From: Caecitellus pseudoparvulus
Taxonomy: Eukaryota > Protista > Bigyra: Bicosoecida
Length of the DNA: 64,000 nucleotides
Assembly (NCBI GenBank): GCA_965644315.1
Contig: CBFFRQ010000196.1
Coordinates: forward strand, 8,081-72,080
Direction of reading: 5' to 3'
The translations under genes were made by a program, and so were the position numbers. Within the stretch, counting starts at the first letter, position 1, and every line of letters begins with the position of its first letter. Positions 18,741 to 30,882 of this stretch are shown piece after piece. Under the pieces are notes generated by a model that saw only the letters and a list, made by a program, of their open reading frames with translations, was not told where the DNA came from and did not search any database.

Positions 18741-21700
18741 TCAAGGCATGACTCGCAAGTGAAGTCCGTTTAATGGGTCGCTGCCAAACACCCCCAAAAA
18801 GCTTGGAACGTCACAGAGACGTGGATCGTGCAAGCCAACATCGTCGCATTTGTCCATCGTTGTGCAGTACACAAAGAAGAGGTCCACATCTTCTGGTCGA
18901 GAGATGGAGTCAATGAAGGTGGCAGCGTCTTCCCTATCTCCGCCACAGGATCCAGCGCTGTCCGCCGAAGCCTCCGCTTCAGCCTCCAGCACTTTGCGCA
19001 CATGCTCATGCAGTTTCGACCTGTGTTCAGTGCCCACAATTTCAGGCTGCATGCTGAGCACAGCTTGGCCGCCTTCGCTCTCCCGGATATGGCCTGGGAC
19101 AGCAACTGGGACGCCAAAGCTCCACAGAACACTGCTCGCCAACGTCCCGAACTTCGGCTCAGCACTCCCCGACGGCTCAGTCTCGACTCCGCTGCTACGG
19201 CTCAAGGCAATTGTTTGTGCAAGGCGGCCAGGCTGGACATGCCAGGATTCATCCGCGATGAGCGCGATCAAGCGCATGAGGGAGCCAGAGTTGAGGAGCT
19301 CTGCTGCCTCTGCTTCCCCAACTTCACTCTTCAAGTTCTGGAGTGGCTGGAGGTTGCTCCTGAAAGACAGCGGTTCAGTAGTCGTGACCAAGAAGCAAAC
19401 TTGGAGTCTGTCGCGGCCATCCTGCTTTGCGCGACGAAAGACGACAAAGTCAAGGTTGGGGAAGGCCTCGTGCATCTGGACAGTGTGGACGCCGTCCACT
19501 GGGAGCCCATGTAGCGCAGCAATGTCGCTGAAGGCAACAGTGTTCGTGCCCTCGTAGCTCTCGCAGTCCCAGTCCCACATCCGGCGGTGCTGCCGGAATC
19601 CCGAGCATCGTTGAGGGGTGAGGGCCCAGTTGCCCAGCATCTGCTCTGGTGTCAGTCCGCGTGCGGCGGACAGCTCCTCATACTGCCCGCTGAACAGCCC
19701 CATCTTCAGCAGAAATGCAACACACAGAGCATATTCTGCATCATGCGCAAAGACTGGCGCAGCCGCTATCAGTTGCTCCATCGCTCGCCTCTTTGCTTTT
19801 GATATGTACTCTTGTCGTTGCTGTGGCTGGCTGGCTTCGGTCTTGAGCAGGGTCCTGAGCAAAGCCTTGAAGCCCATGGGTGTTGCAAACTGTGTGTTGC
19901 CAGAAAGGTCAATATCCAAGGGGTTCTTGCGTTGGAGAATGGAATGGCACATGAGCATGTCAGCGCTCATCAGCTTCGGGTAATCAAAGGGGTCTGCCCC
20001 GAATTTCACTCGGTGCTTGACTTGCCTGGTGCATCGATCGCTCAAGTGGTCACGTTGATTTTCGACTGTTCTCTCAAGCCTCTTCATCACATCCTCTTTG
20101 ATTGACCTTTCATGGTCGATGTCTCGCACGAGCCAGCTCAGCATTCGCTGTCCGGCCGCCACGTTCTTGACGTACTTGTGCAGCATGGCGTGAACCTCGG
20201 GATCATGGGACAGCATGTCGAGGTGGTATGTTGGCAGTAAGAAAGCAATGTCTGACCCAATAGGAGTAGTTTCAAAGCTGTCTACTCTTCGAGGGTAGCC
20301 GTTGATGGGTGGGGCATCCAGGCCATGTCCACACAGCAAGTGGATCGCCAAGTTGTGTGAGAAGTATCCCAGCTCCATGAAGGTGTTCTGCACGCCCAAG
20401 CCAGGTGGGAAGTTAAACAAACTCTCCCAGTTCATCTTTGCAAACTCATTCAGATACCCAACTTCTGGGCTGTACGCGAGCACTTTATTGCATGGTTCAG
20501 CCCACGACAGGAGTTGCTGCACTACTTGCCAATGTTCGCTCAAGTTTGTGCCACGGTGCTCCAGCAGCTTGGCGTGGAGTTCGTAAGTCTCGTCAACAAT
20601 CAGCATTCGGGGTGGGGTACCGGCATCACCTCGTTTGGCAGTAAAGTGTCCCTCATTCGGGTGGAGGAGCTTCGCCAATGCCTGCACCCGTGTTTCGCTG
20701 TTGTCCAACTCCCCCAACACGGAGTGCAGCTCTTCACTCACAAGTGCCTCTCCACAAGAGTTCCCCAAGCTCAGATCAGCCATGTCCTCGCTCAAGTATT
20801 CCAACTCGTCACCCAGAGTGAGGAGTTTGGAAGATGGAAGGTACAACAGGTCACCCCCGGCTCCCACCGTGAGCATCAAAGCGAGGGCTTGCAAGGTCGC
20901 AGTTTTGCCAGAGCCGACAGCTCCGGTAACCAGCAGTCCATGTGTACCTGCTTTGGGAAGCTCAATGGTTCTGGACAGGAACTGTGCTCGTTGGGGTGTC
21001 AAAACGAATGTCTTGAGCCCCAAGCGGTGGCGGTGGTCGTCAATCTCCTGGTTGTTCTCTGCGATTTCGCCAAACCCAACAAGAAGTGGGCGGAGCCGTA
21101 ACTCGCTGTCAGATAGTTGAAAACGATTTGCCGTTTTCTCTGTTCGATGCCAGAGGAAGCTCTTCATGTACGGCAACCGCAGAACCACAGCTTCCAGCTT
21201 GCCATCCACGACTACGGGTCGGCAGCCAGGAGTCCACAGGTCGCTGAGCTCATCTGCCAACCCCTTGGCAAGGTGATTAACGCTGGGATCTGCACTTGCT
21301 GGGTCGGTGAGCATGCTGAGCTTGTGCAGGAGGGGCCAAGCTTTGGGGTCACGGGCAAGGAACGCTTGCTCTGCGTCGCGAAGCCAGCCGAAGTTGTCCC
21401 GGACCATGTCCAGATCTGCCACGCCAAGCCCGCTGAGCAGTTTGTCTGCATCTTCTTTGGAGCACCCAAGTATCTGCAGAGCTGGGGGCACTTGCAGCTC
21501 GCTTGGGCTTTCTCCTGACAGGCTTGCCTGGACCAGGGCTCGCAAGGTGACAGCACAGTTTTCCACTTTCGGGGTGGAGCCGTAGTAATGCCAGCTCCAC
21601 TCGCTACATAGCTGCTGCCTTGCAGGCTTCAAATGGTCAAGAACAAACGTTTTCCACAGCTCAGGGCTCACACGGTGCGGTCCATTATCAGCTGCAGCGT

Positions 21701-22845
21701 CCAGCTTCGAAAGCGACCATCCGCCGTTTTCAAGGCAGTGTTGGAGTGTATCGAGGAAGCGGGAACCGACCAAGCCACCGATCTCCGGGGGAGCAAAGAG
21801 ACTGAAAGCTGCACCTAGCACTTCCGGGTCAAGAAGGGGGAGGACTTGGGAAGCGCCTCCAGGTGCCTGCACGTTCAGGGAAGCTGGGCGTACCGGGAGC
21901 GTGCTGCGCCGGGCATCGCAGGCGCACACACCGGGCTGTGAACCAAAGCGTGCTTGACAGTCAGTTTTGCTGCATCACAACACGCGCTCGACTCCAGTTT
22001 GTACAGTGCCTCTTTCAGCCTTTCGTGCCCGCCCAGGCCGTACTTGGCGGCACACTCGAGCACGGCGGCTTGGTCAACACCGTGCATGTTTGCGAGCTCT
22101 GCAGCGTACAAAGCAGCGCGTCGAGCTCCAGGCGGCAGGTTCATGAATGCATGTGTTTCGAGTGCTGGAGTATCCGCACCCTGCGGCACCCTTGTGCCAT
22201 GTACTCGAGCCACAAAGCCTGTGGCCCACAGTGCCGCTCCTTCAGGTCCCAGGAAGGCTAACAAACACGCCTCCAGCCCCCCGAGCGCTGCTGTGTGGGA
22301 TATGTTTATGGTGTCATGACACATCACACTCCCGACGAAGTTTGGTGATATCAGCTGACATGCAGCGTCAATGCACGGGGGAGCGGCCTGTGCACAAACA
22401 AACACACCCGCCGCTCATGACGCTCGCCATCCCCAAGTCGCGCTCAAGGCGACGCACGCACCTCACAACCCATCAGCACACCCAGCGCCACCTCCACAGC
22501 TTGACCATCTATCTCACTCGACTCCAGCGCATCCACTGCGCCCGCCAGACGCAACTGGTCACTTCCGCTCAGGGCTCCCCACCACGGTACACCCTCCAGC
22601 CGTGCACGCCACACCCCGCCCCCCTCACCACACACATCCCTGCCCTGCCCACTACCTGCCACACTACACAGTGACAAGCGGGGGATGAACACCACCGCAA
22701 GGTTCGGCGCGGGCAGGAGCGCCGGCACGGCAGCTGGTGTGGCTGCGCCAACTTCCGCCCTGCCACCACGCAGGCGCCGCCAGCGCGGCCGCCCTGCAGC
22801 CTGGCATGCTCTCACAAGCTTCGTTGTGTGCAGCATGATTGGCAT
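18741..22845 (-). CDS. Crinkler/RHS-like effector: N-terminal header, P-loop NTPase, REase-like C-terminus (introns 22388..22461 and 21867..21931)
   Basis: Walker A GLLVTGAVGSGKT, Walker B MLIVDE, FPNLDFVV...QVCFLVTT; two GT-AG introns join three ORFs in frame. Confidence 0.65.
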
Positions 22846-25800
22846 GCGAGTGGCGTGCCGTGATCGCCACAGGGAATGGGGGTATATGAGCTGGAAGTAG
22901 TGTTGTGTCTGCAGGCGCACACTGGCAGCGAGTCACAGGTGAAACGCAAGGCCCTCCGTTTCTGACAGCACGCCGGGCTGCAGGCCGGGCAAAACAATGC
23001 CCTTAGCTTCGCTGTGAATCTTAATTGGTACTTGGACCTGGCGTGGATCACCATGCCAAGCTGTGTTTGCTACGGTTGTCGGCTTCCTTCTTGTTGCGGA
23101 CTAAGCATGGCAGCAGCTCCATGCACATAGGCGACTGCAAAGTCCCGGGGGCTGTGTTCTCAAGGGTGTACAAAAACATGGCAAAATGAAAAGGTAGTGG
23201 GACTTTTTGCGCGGTGCGGGGATCGGGATACACGCGTTCCGTGTCCCACACAGCACAGCTCCGAGCTGCGTGTGCCCCGCGCCCAAGGACACGCGGACTG
23301 GTGCTGGTGGGTGTCATCAAGCGGCAAGCATGGAGAAATTGTTTCCATTCCATGGGAAGTCCACCAATTCAATGAATGCCAGCCAGGGTTTGCAGCCCTC
23401 TCCCATGAATGACCTACGTGGCGCCCATTGCAGTTGAGCGTGTCTTTTACTCGCCTCGCAGAGCACCACTGACAAGTCCATGCCCATACGGCAGCCAAAA
23501 CGCCATCAGTGCTCCCTGCAAGCTTCTGCTGACACACTGGTCTTTGGTTCCGCTTGCTTGGGCTATCACCGCATTTGCGGACACCGCAGTGCGCACCGTC
23601 CACGCCCACCGCCACCCATGCGTGCATCTACGCTTGCTCCAAGCTCATACTCTCTTTAAACTTCTTCAGAAACTTGTCCCAGGCGTGGTACTCTTTCGCG
23701 AAGACCTGGGGGAAGCGACCTGTTGGGGTTGCCACAATCTCTTCGATGCTCCTGCTCACGCAAAACTGCAAGAAGGCGGACAGGTCTTTCCCGCCAACGC
23801 CTTCAATGGTTTTATACTCCCAAAACTCGCCAACAATCCCCAGCACTTGCCGTGTATGCAGTGCTTGCACCGTTTCAGGGTTCACCGGACCCTGCGAAAG
23901 GAACACACACTTTTCCTCCAGCTGGGAAGTGCAGGTGCACTTCTCAAGCCCCAGCTCACGCACCTTTGACTGGACAAATGCGTGCTTCACCATAAGGGCT
24001 ACGAACTCACATCGATCATATTTGATCCGAGTTCCAAACGCGTCGGTGACGTTTGCTCTCTCTGGCTCCGGGAGTCGCTGCAGGGCTGGTTGCAGCAAGG
24101 CTTCAACCTCTGGCCGAACTTGAGCAGCCCTGACACTCTGCCAAGCACTCTGGAGACACTCATCCACCTGGTCCATAAACAGCTGCGAGCGAAACCAGTC
24201 AGGGTCGATTCCGTCAAATGAGAATGCCAGTGTTCCGTGCATGTCATGCAGGAGTCGACCAAGGTCAACACTGAATGCATGCTTGAGAAGCTTGACCACT
24301 CCAGGGTCCACTTTCCCAAGCGGTGCATTGCACTCAACCAGCCATGTGAAAGACGTGAACATGTAAGGATTGAGCACTGTCTCGAGTGTGTCAACATTCA
24401 CTGGACTCTGCGAACGAAGCAGTTCTCCACACGTGTCGCACACCGCAAGCCTGTGATGGCCAGTCGCAACGTACCGTTGTCTGCACAAAAGCCAACTTCG
24501 CCACCAACACACTGATCTCAGACCATTGTTGCTCGCCTAGAACCGCAAAAGCCTTGTTGACTCGTGTCTGTTCTGACTTCGAGAGTCGCTGTAAGGCTGG
24601 CTGCATCAAGGCTTCAACCTCTGGTTGAATTTGTGCAGCTCTGACCTTCTCCCATCGCTGCTTCAGTTGGAAACATAGGTGTTCATCAATGAACGAATTC
24701 CAATCCCCCTCGATGGGCTGAGGTGGAGTCATGAAAGCCCCATACTGAATCTCAGCAAGAAGCTCAGGAAGGCTCTTGCCTGAGCAGTGGACCCGCAGGC
24801 TTCGAAAGAACGCATCAGCGATGTTAGGGTCCGTGTGTGTTTGAAGCATCTTTCGCGACCCCCTGACAACGTCATGAGAAAGGAGCACACACAGGACTTC
24901 TTCGTCTAGTGGGTTCTGTGGCGAGAATGGTACTGGAGGTATGCCCTTGGAAACAGCGACGGGGCAAGGGCTCAAGCCGCACACCTGCTCATCGTGGAAC
25001 GCCTGGCGCATCCGCGACAGCCAAGCTCGGTCAGGCGGCAGCTTCCCGCTATGCCTTTGTCGTCGCGAAAGTAACAATGCTTGGCGAAGTAACGCATCTA
25101 CTTTTGCCTGACCATGTTGCAACTCGGGCTGCGATGCGTCACAACGCAGATCTGGACTCCCTGCGAGGCAAACGCGCACGAACAGCCGGAGGTCCTCCGC
25201 CCAGGCTGAAGAGAGATCATATGCTGAGAACGCCTGAGAGTACAGCTGAACCCTGGACGGCTCCAACACGAAGAGGGCAGCATCAATACACGGGGGTGGG
25301 GCCTGTGCACAAACAATCACGAACGCCGCTCTCACCACCCCCCACGTCGCGCTCAACGCGACACACGCACCTCACAACCCATCAGCACACCCAACACCAC
25401 CTCCACAGCTTGACCATCTGCCTCACTCGACTCCAGCGCATCCACTGCGCCCGCCAGCCGCCTCTGGTCACTTCCGCTCAGGGCTCCCCACCACGATACA
25501 CCCTCCAACCGTGCCCGCCACACCCCGCCCCCCTCACCACACACATCCCTGCCCTGCCCACTACCTGTCACACTACACAGTGACAAGCGGGGGGTGAACA
25601 CCGCCGCAAGGTGCGGCGCGGGCAGGACCGCCGGCACAGCAGCTGGTGTGGCTGCGCCAACTTCCGCCCTGCCACCACGCAGGCGCCGCCAGTACGGCCG
25701 CCCCGCAGCCTGGCATGCTCTCACAAGTTTCGTTGTGTGCAGCATGATTGGCATTGGAGTGACGTGTCGTGATCGCCACAGGGAATGGGGTGTATGAGCT

Positions 25801-25872
25801 GGAAGTAGTGTTGTGTCTGCAGGCACACACTGGCAGCGAGTCACAGGTGAAACGCAAGGCCCTCCGTTTCTG
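22362..25872. repeat. ~600-bp dispersed duplication (~22362-22964 and ~25277-25872) covering the 5' region, exon 1 and intron 1 of two adjacent genes
   Basis: Near-identical MLHTTKLVRACQAAGRP...MGCE exon and APPCIDAA exon-2 start in both. Confidence 0.85.
23628..25745 (-). CDS. Hypothetical protein with the shared N-terminal header and internally repeated domain (intron 25303..25370; frameshift near 24470)
   Basis: WxxVRAAQxxPEVEALxQPALQRL occurs twice, across ORFs 24391..25356 and 23628..24512. Confidence 0.55.
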
Positions 25873-25885
25873 TCCCCATCGGTAC

Positions 25886-26266
25886 TCAAGCAAAGCTCGC
25901 TGTGGCGCCAAACTTCGAACCCCTTGCACAATCATAAATCAGTAGGCTTAAATTTTCACAGCTAAAGCTTGTGTCCGAGGCAAACCCTCGTTCCGCTCTT
26001 GACCCTTTCTTCGTCGCCTGCAAGACTGCCCAACCCCAAGATGGTGTAAGAACGTCAAGAGTTCCACACAGAGGCATGATCCCATGGAAAACCAGAACAT
26101 TACCTTCCTTGCATGCCAGCCAAAACCCAAACTCAAGCTGGTTTTGCTTAGCAATTCTCAAATCTTGGGCTTGATGAATGGCGTAGCAAACGCCGGCACC
26201 CTTTGCGCGGCACCCGCTCTTCCAGGGCGGAAGGCATGGCTGAAACCAACTCCCAAGGGAGGACAA
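25886..26266 (-). pseudogene. Possible degenerate ankyrin-repeat fragment
   Basis: EFGFWLACKEGNV resembles the EAGFRWACxxG repeats of the neighbouring ankyrin genes. Confidence 0.3.
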
Positions 26267-27012
26267 ATCCTTTCATGATCATGCAGCGTTGGCCCACGGT
26301 CCTCCTGCCACCACTTTTGCACAGCTAGCCACTAACGCCACACCTGCACATCTGCGGCAAACTTTCCCGACAACTGTTGGTCAGGGAGGAACCAAAACCT
26401 TCGTACCACACATCAATCGCCTTCTACATTCTCATGTATGAATGACAGCAGCCAGCCCAACTTCGCGTCAGGGTCTCCAGAGCCGACGCCGCCGGCCATG
26501 GCAAACGATACCGATTTCCGCAGCACAGGTCGCAGCTTTCAAAAGCTCCCTGGCAACCTTTCACTCGGCAATGGCGCAAAGATGAACGCCAGCGTAATAA
26601 AAATACTAGACAGACTTGATGCTAGCTGCCCATGTCGCCCACCCCAACCTCTCTCGTCACCAGAGTGCAGAACCTTGCAGGCTGGTATAGCCCAACGAGA
26701 GTCCGCTGTTGTGAGGAGCGGCTTACAAAGGCATGGCTGTCGACGTTCCTGGACAGCAGCGGGAGTAAGCGTGTACGTTGGTTCGAGTCAACCACGCGGA
26801 GTTTCTTTGTTCGATTCGTTCCAATGGCGGTTCAGCCTCGATCAGGGCAGGGAATGCTTGCACGTCGCTACGGTTGCAACGCCAGCCAAGCCTGGCAAGC
26901 TGGTTGGCGGAGAGACAAGAAATCAAATCAATCCCTTGATGTAACGATACACGCGACATGGGGTATACCTGGTTAGTTGCATTTGCAGCACTCCACACGG
27001 GCGTTTCTGCCC

Positions 27013-30000
27013 CTACTTTGCTGCCGACGGCGCAGGCAAAGGCAGGAAGTCGCCACCCATCATCACATGCACCAGCGGAGAGTCAAGGAACTCTGAGCAT
27101 CCATCCAAATACTTTGTGTTGTCTTCAATGTTCCTGCAGGTGACATACAGCATGTGCACCCGCCACTCTGGCGAGCTGCCTTCCACCTTAGGCACTGCCG
27201 TCACCCTCAGCTTCTTGTCGGTGTTCTGCTCAGTGCCATGCTCGTCGCCAATGCCACGTGCACCACCTGCAGGCAACTGTTCTGCCTTTACCCGCACATC
27301 TGCACCCAGCAGCTCCAGCCAGGCATTGGCGAGAGTCAAGCCCCCTCCGTGCCCTGCCCACTCAGTGGGCCAGAGGTTGATGCGTCGCTGCCCTCGCCGC
27401 CCATGTGCGACATCTTCACGCTCCCATCTTTGAGCGACTCGAGGTGGGACCCTTCTGAGAGCACCACCTGTGCAATGCCGCGCAAAGCAGCGGGCACACC
27501 CTCATACTCGGGCTTTTTGGATGCGTGGCGGTACAGGTCGAGGTGCGTCGCCGCCACAAATACTGCGTGTTTGCCCCCCTTTTCGTCGCAAAACACTTGC
27601 AAAGCATCCAATCCAAGGTTCTTGTCCAGCGGCTGAACGACCCAGGCATCACCTGGATGCAAGTTGTGCAAGGATGTCAGCGAATCTGCAGGCATGAGGA
27701 AGCTCTTGCCTGTGACCTGGCTTGGTGGCACGCCGCTGGCCTGTGGTTTGTCCTCACCACCCTCATCCCATGCTGACATTCGCCCCATGTGCCCCAAACG
27801 GGGAGTCTTGCTGACTGATGCAGGTGAGACCACCTTCATCAGCTCTGAGGCGCTTTCCTTGTTGGGATACTCCCAGGTATCCAACACCTCCTTGGGGACA
27901 AACGTTTGCCCCACGGCCAGCGCGCGGTGTCCACACGCACCAAGCGCCAGAAGCTCGGCCACTTCCTTCCCAATGTGCGTCTGCTGTGAAGGGTAGACTC
28001 CAATCTGCCAAGTATACTCATGGCGTCTTGGTCCCCTTCCCTTCCTGTCGAGCAGCAACCGCAGCACAGCATGCCTGGCGGCCAAGGACACAAACCTCGC
28101 ATTTCCCCACAACCTCATAAACTGCACGTCAAGGCGTGTCAACAAGGAGGCGTCCGCCAACCAATCAAGTTGGTGTTGAGTGTGAATATTCCACGTCACC
28201 GACGACAAAACTAGCCAGGAAAGCTCGTCAAGCTTGCCGCTCTCGCGAAGCTGCCGCTCGAGGGAGTCTTTCAGCTCATCAGACACTTGGTGGAATGTCG
28301 CCCACAAGGCTTGCTTGTGCCCTGTGTCCTGAACATTGCGGCGGTCTTGCAGGAGAATCCCTGGCATGGCGCTGTAGTACAGCAGCAATTCCTCAAGCTC
28401 GCGATCTGCTTGGCTTGTAGATGCGTCGGTCACCCCTTGGCGCTCTGCACCAGCCAGCGATGGCTCTGGACCTACGCCACTGCCTGGCAGTGCTGCCATA
28501 GTCCCCGTTGCGGCTTGCCCCAGGTCGGCAAATACATCCCAGAGCTGGCCCTTGATCGCGAGTCCTAGACTGGTGTCTGGGGAGCTTGTCACCACGTCCA
28601 TAGTGCCTACTTTCATGTTGTGGTCCTCTGAATCGGGGCAAGGTTGCACATCCTCTGCCAAGCAACTGGGTTGTCCACCTCTCACCTGCTGGTCCAAATC
28701 ATGCACTTCCTCCATCACCAACAGGCGGGGATTCTCGGCAGGCCCACTTTCAATCAAGCCCATTGATATGGCAAGCTCATTCATCGCAACCTTTGTCGAC
28801 TGCCCGAAAGAGCTCTGTGTCGGCTGCATGTGCAGCCGCAGCTTCTCGCCAGAATGAGAGTCCCCAGGGCGCGTGCTCAGACCTTGCAGAAGCGGGTTTC
28901 CTTCACCACCAACATGTGCAAGGCCATCTCGTACATACAGCACGTCAGCCCCTGCGCCCACAGCCGCGATGCTGGCCAGCGCCGCCAGGATGGTGCTGTT
29001 GCCGCACCCATGCACCCCGATCAGCCTGTGCCCTGGGCCTGTAGATACAAGCCTATCTGCAACCTGTGAAAGGAAAGATTTGTGCTCTTCCGTCCACTCA
29101 AGGCTCAGCGTGCGCACCGCCTCCCGTGGTAGCTGGTCCAGCGTGCCATCCGGGCGTGGCTGTACGGTAGGTAAGTGAATGAAGCCAGCGCTCTTTGGCT
29201 CTTGTGTCAACGGAAGCAAGGATGGTGCAACCACGTCGTCCACCGCCGCACATATGCCATGCACTTGCTGGACATCTCCCGGTTTCAATCCTTCACGAGG
29301 AACGGGAAGAAAGAAACGCGTTGAAAATGACTCAAGCATGCCGTTCTGGTCAAACACGGGTTCCAGTCCAGCTGTGTCCACGGAACCATTTGGCGCGTAT
29401 CCGCTGTCTGCAACGTCAGCTCCATCTTCAACTTCCCTGTAATACTTCCTCTGCAGCTCATCCTCGGCATGCGCAAACCACTGCAGCACGCCACGCTTGC
29501 CTTTCAGCATCGCTTTCCCCAGACCAAGCTGCCATCCAAGCACGTGCTGCACCGCCCGACGATGGCTGCCATCTGGCAAGAACTCCTGCCCAGTCGCACT
29601 GTCAAGCAACACCTCCCGCAGCGGCAGCACCACATTCGAGACACCCACGGAGGCCATTGCGGCAGCCCATGAAGCCTTCGCTTTGGCTTTGTCCTCGTCG
29701 GCAGCACGAGATGCGGCGTCCGCGGCAGCGCGAACATCCGTCATCACACCCGAGAACAATACCTGCACCACATGCTCACGAAGTTCTGGCGTCAGGACCA
29801 TGTAGGTTTCAATGAACTCCTTGTTGATGAGGAAAGAGGGTGCCAACACAAACTTTTCCATGTTCATCTTCACCTCCCGCGCTGCGGCCTTCCGGGCCTG
29901 CTCATCCAAGCCTTGCAGTAAAGCTGGCATTGAGGTCAAAGCGATTGCCAGCGCTGTGGCTGTCGTTGGGTTGGAACCCTGCGTCTCAAGCAAAGGTCAA

Positions 30001-30448
30001 GTGAGTCAGTGCACGCCGCAGCGAAACGCAAAGTGCAAATGCCACCACACGTAACACCTACCAGAGGCAGCTCAGAGGGTAGAAACTCCACGGCCTCGTC
30101 CAGCCCAAGATCACGCAAGGCAGTGTGCAGACCCCCAGGCATATGCACAGACTCCTCTCCCATCGCCAGGAGCACAGTGTCAGGGCTTGGCAGCTTCGCT
30201 CTGCTGCTGAAGCACGCTACCCCCCCGCCCGGCAAGGAGCGGCAAATATGTGCCACAGATACATACTCTCGTTGCGGTACACTGCCCATCATGGCTTCCC
30301 AGGGGTGCTCCACAGAGGAGGTGTACTCAAAGCAGGCGGTGGGCTTCGAAACGCCGGCAAACGAAACGCCACCACGCCAACTGCGCTGCACGGCGCCCCT
30401 GAGTGCCCTGCGGAACGCAGGTGCTGCTGAGCGAGACGAAGACAACAT
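27013..30448 (-). CDS. Second Crinkler/RHS-like NTPase+REase protein (degenerate Walker A; frameshift near 27340)
   Basis: HRLIGVHGCGNST, LLVMEEVH, NLGLDALQV...VFVAAT; ORF 27013..27339 (TLANAWLELLG...MLYVT) aligns with the C-terminus of the 18741 protein (TLASSVLWSFG...FFVYCT). Confidence 0.55.
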
Positions 30449-30882
30449 GATTGAGGGACAATGCCAGGCAAATTGGGCACGGCGCTCAGGATCTGGACGC
30501 AAGCGTGCAGTTGGTATGGGACTTGCGCAGGCAGGCAGCTTCTCCAAATCACTTCGAAGAAACTGCAAAGCCTTACGCAGCTCAGGGGTGAGCTTGCCTG
30601 CGTCGCTTGTGGGATTGTTTTGTGCTAGCTTGCTGCTTTGTGACAAGGAAAGGCCAGTCGCGGGCATGAGAATTGTGTTGAGGTGCACAGTGCTCGCCTG
30701 AGTTTTGGTCCGGCGGTGGTGCCAAGCATGCGCGCAAAGCACTCTGTGGTTTCCCGGCCAAGACCCCCTGCTTAGCCCTGTGCAGCTTGATACAAATAGG
30801 GAGTGCATGTTGCTCAGTATCCCGATTCTGCAAGTGACCAGCACTGGCGTGGAGCCTCCACCAGTGACATGTCAACAGTGTT

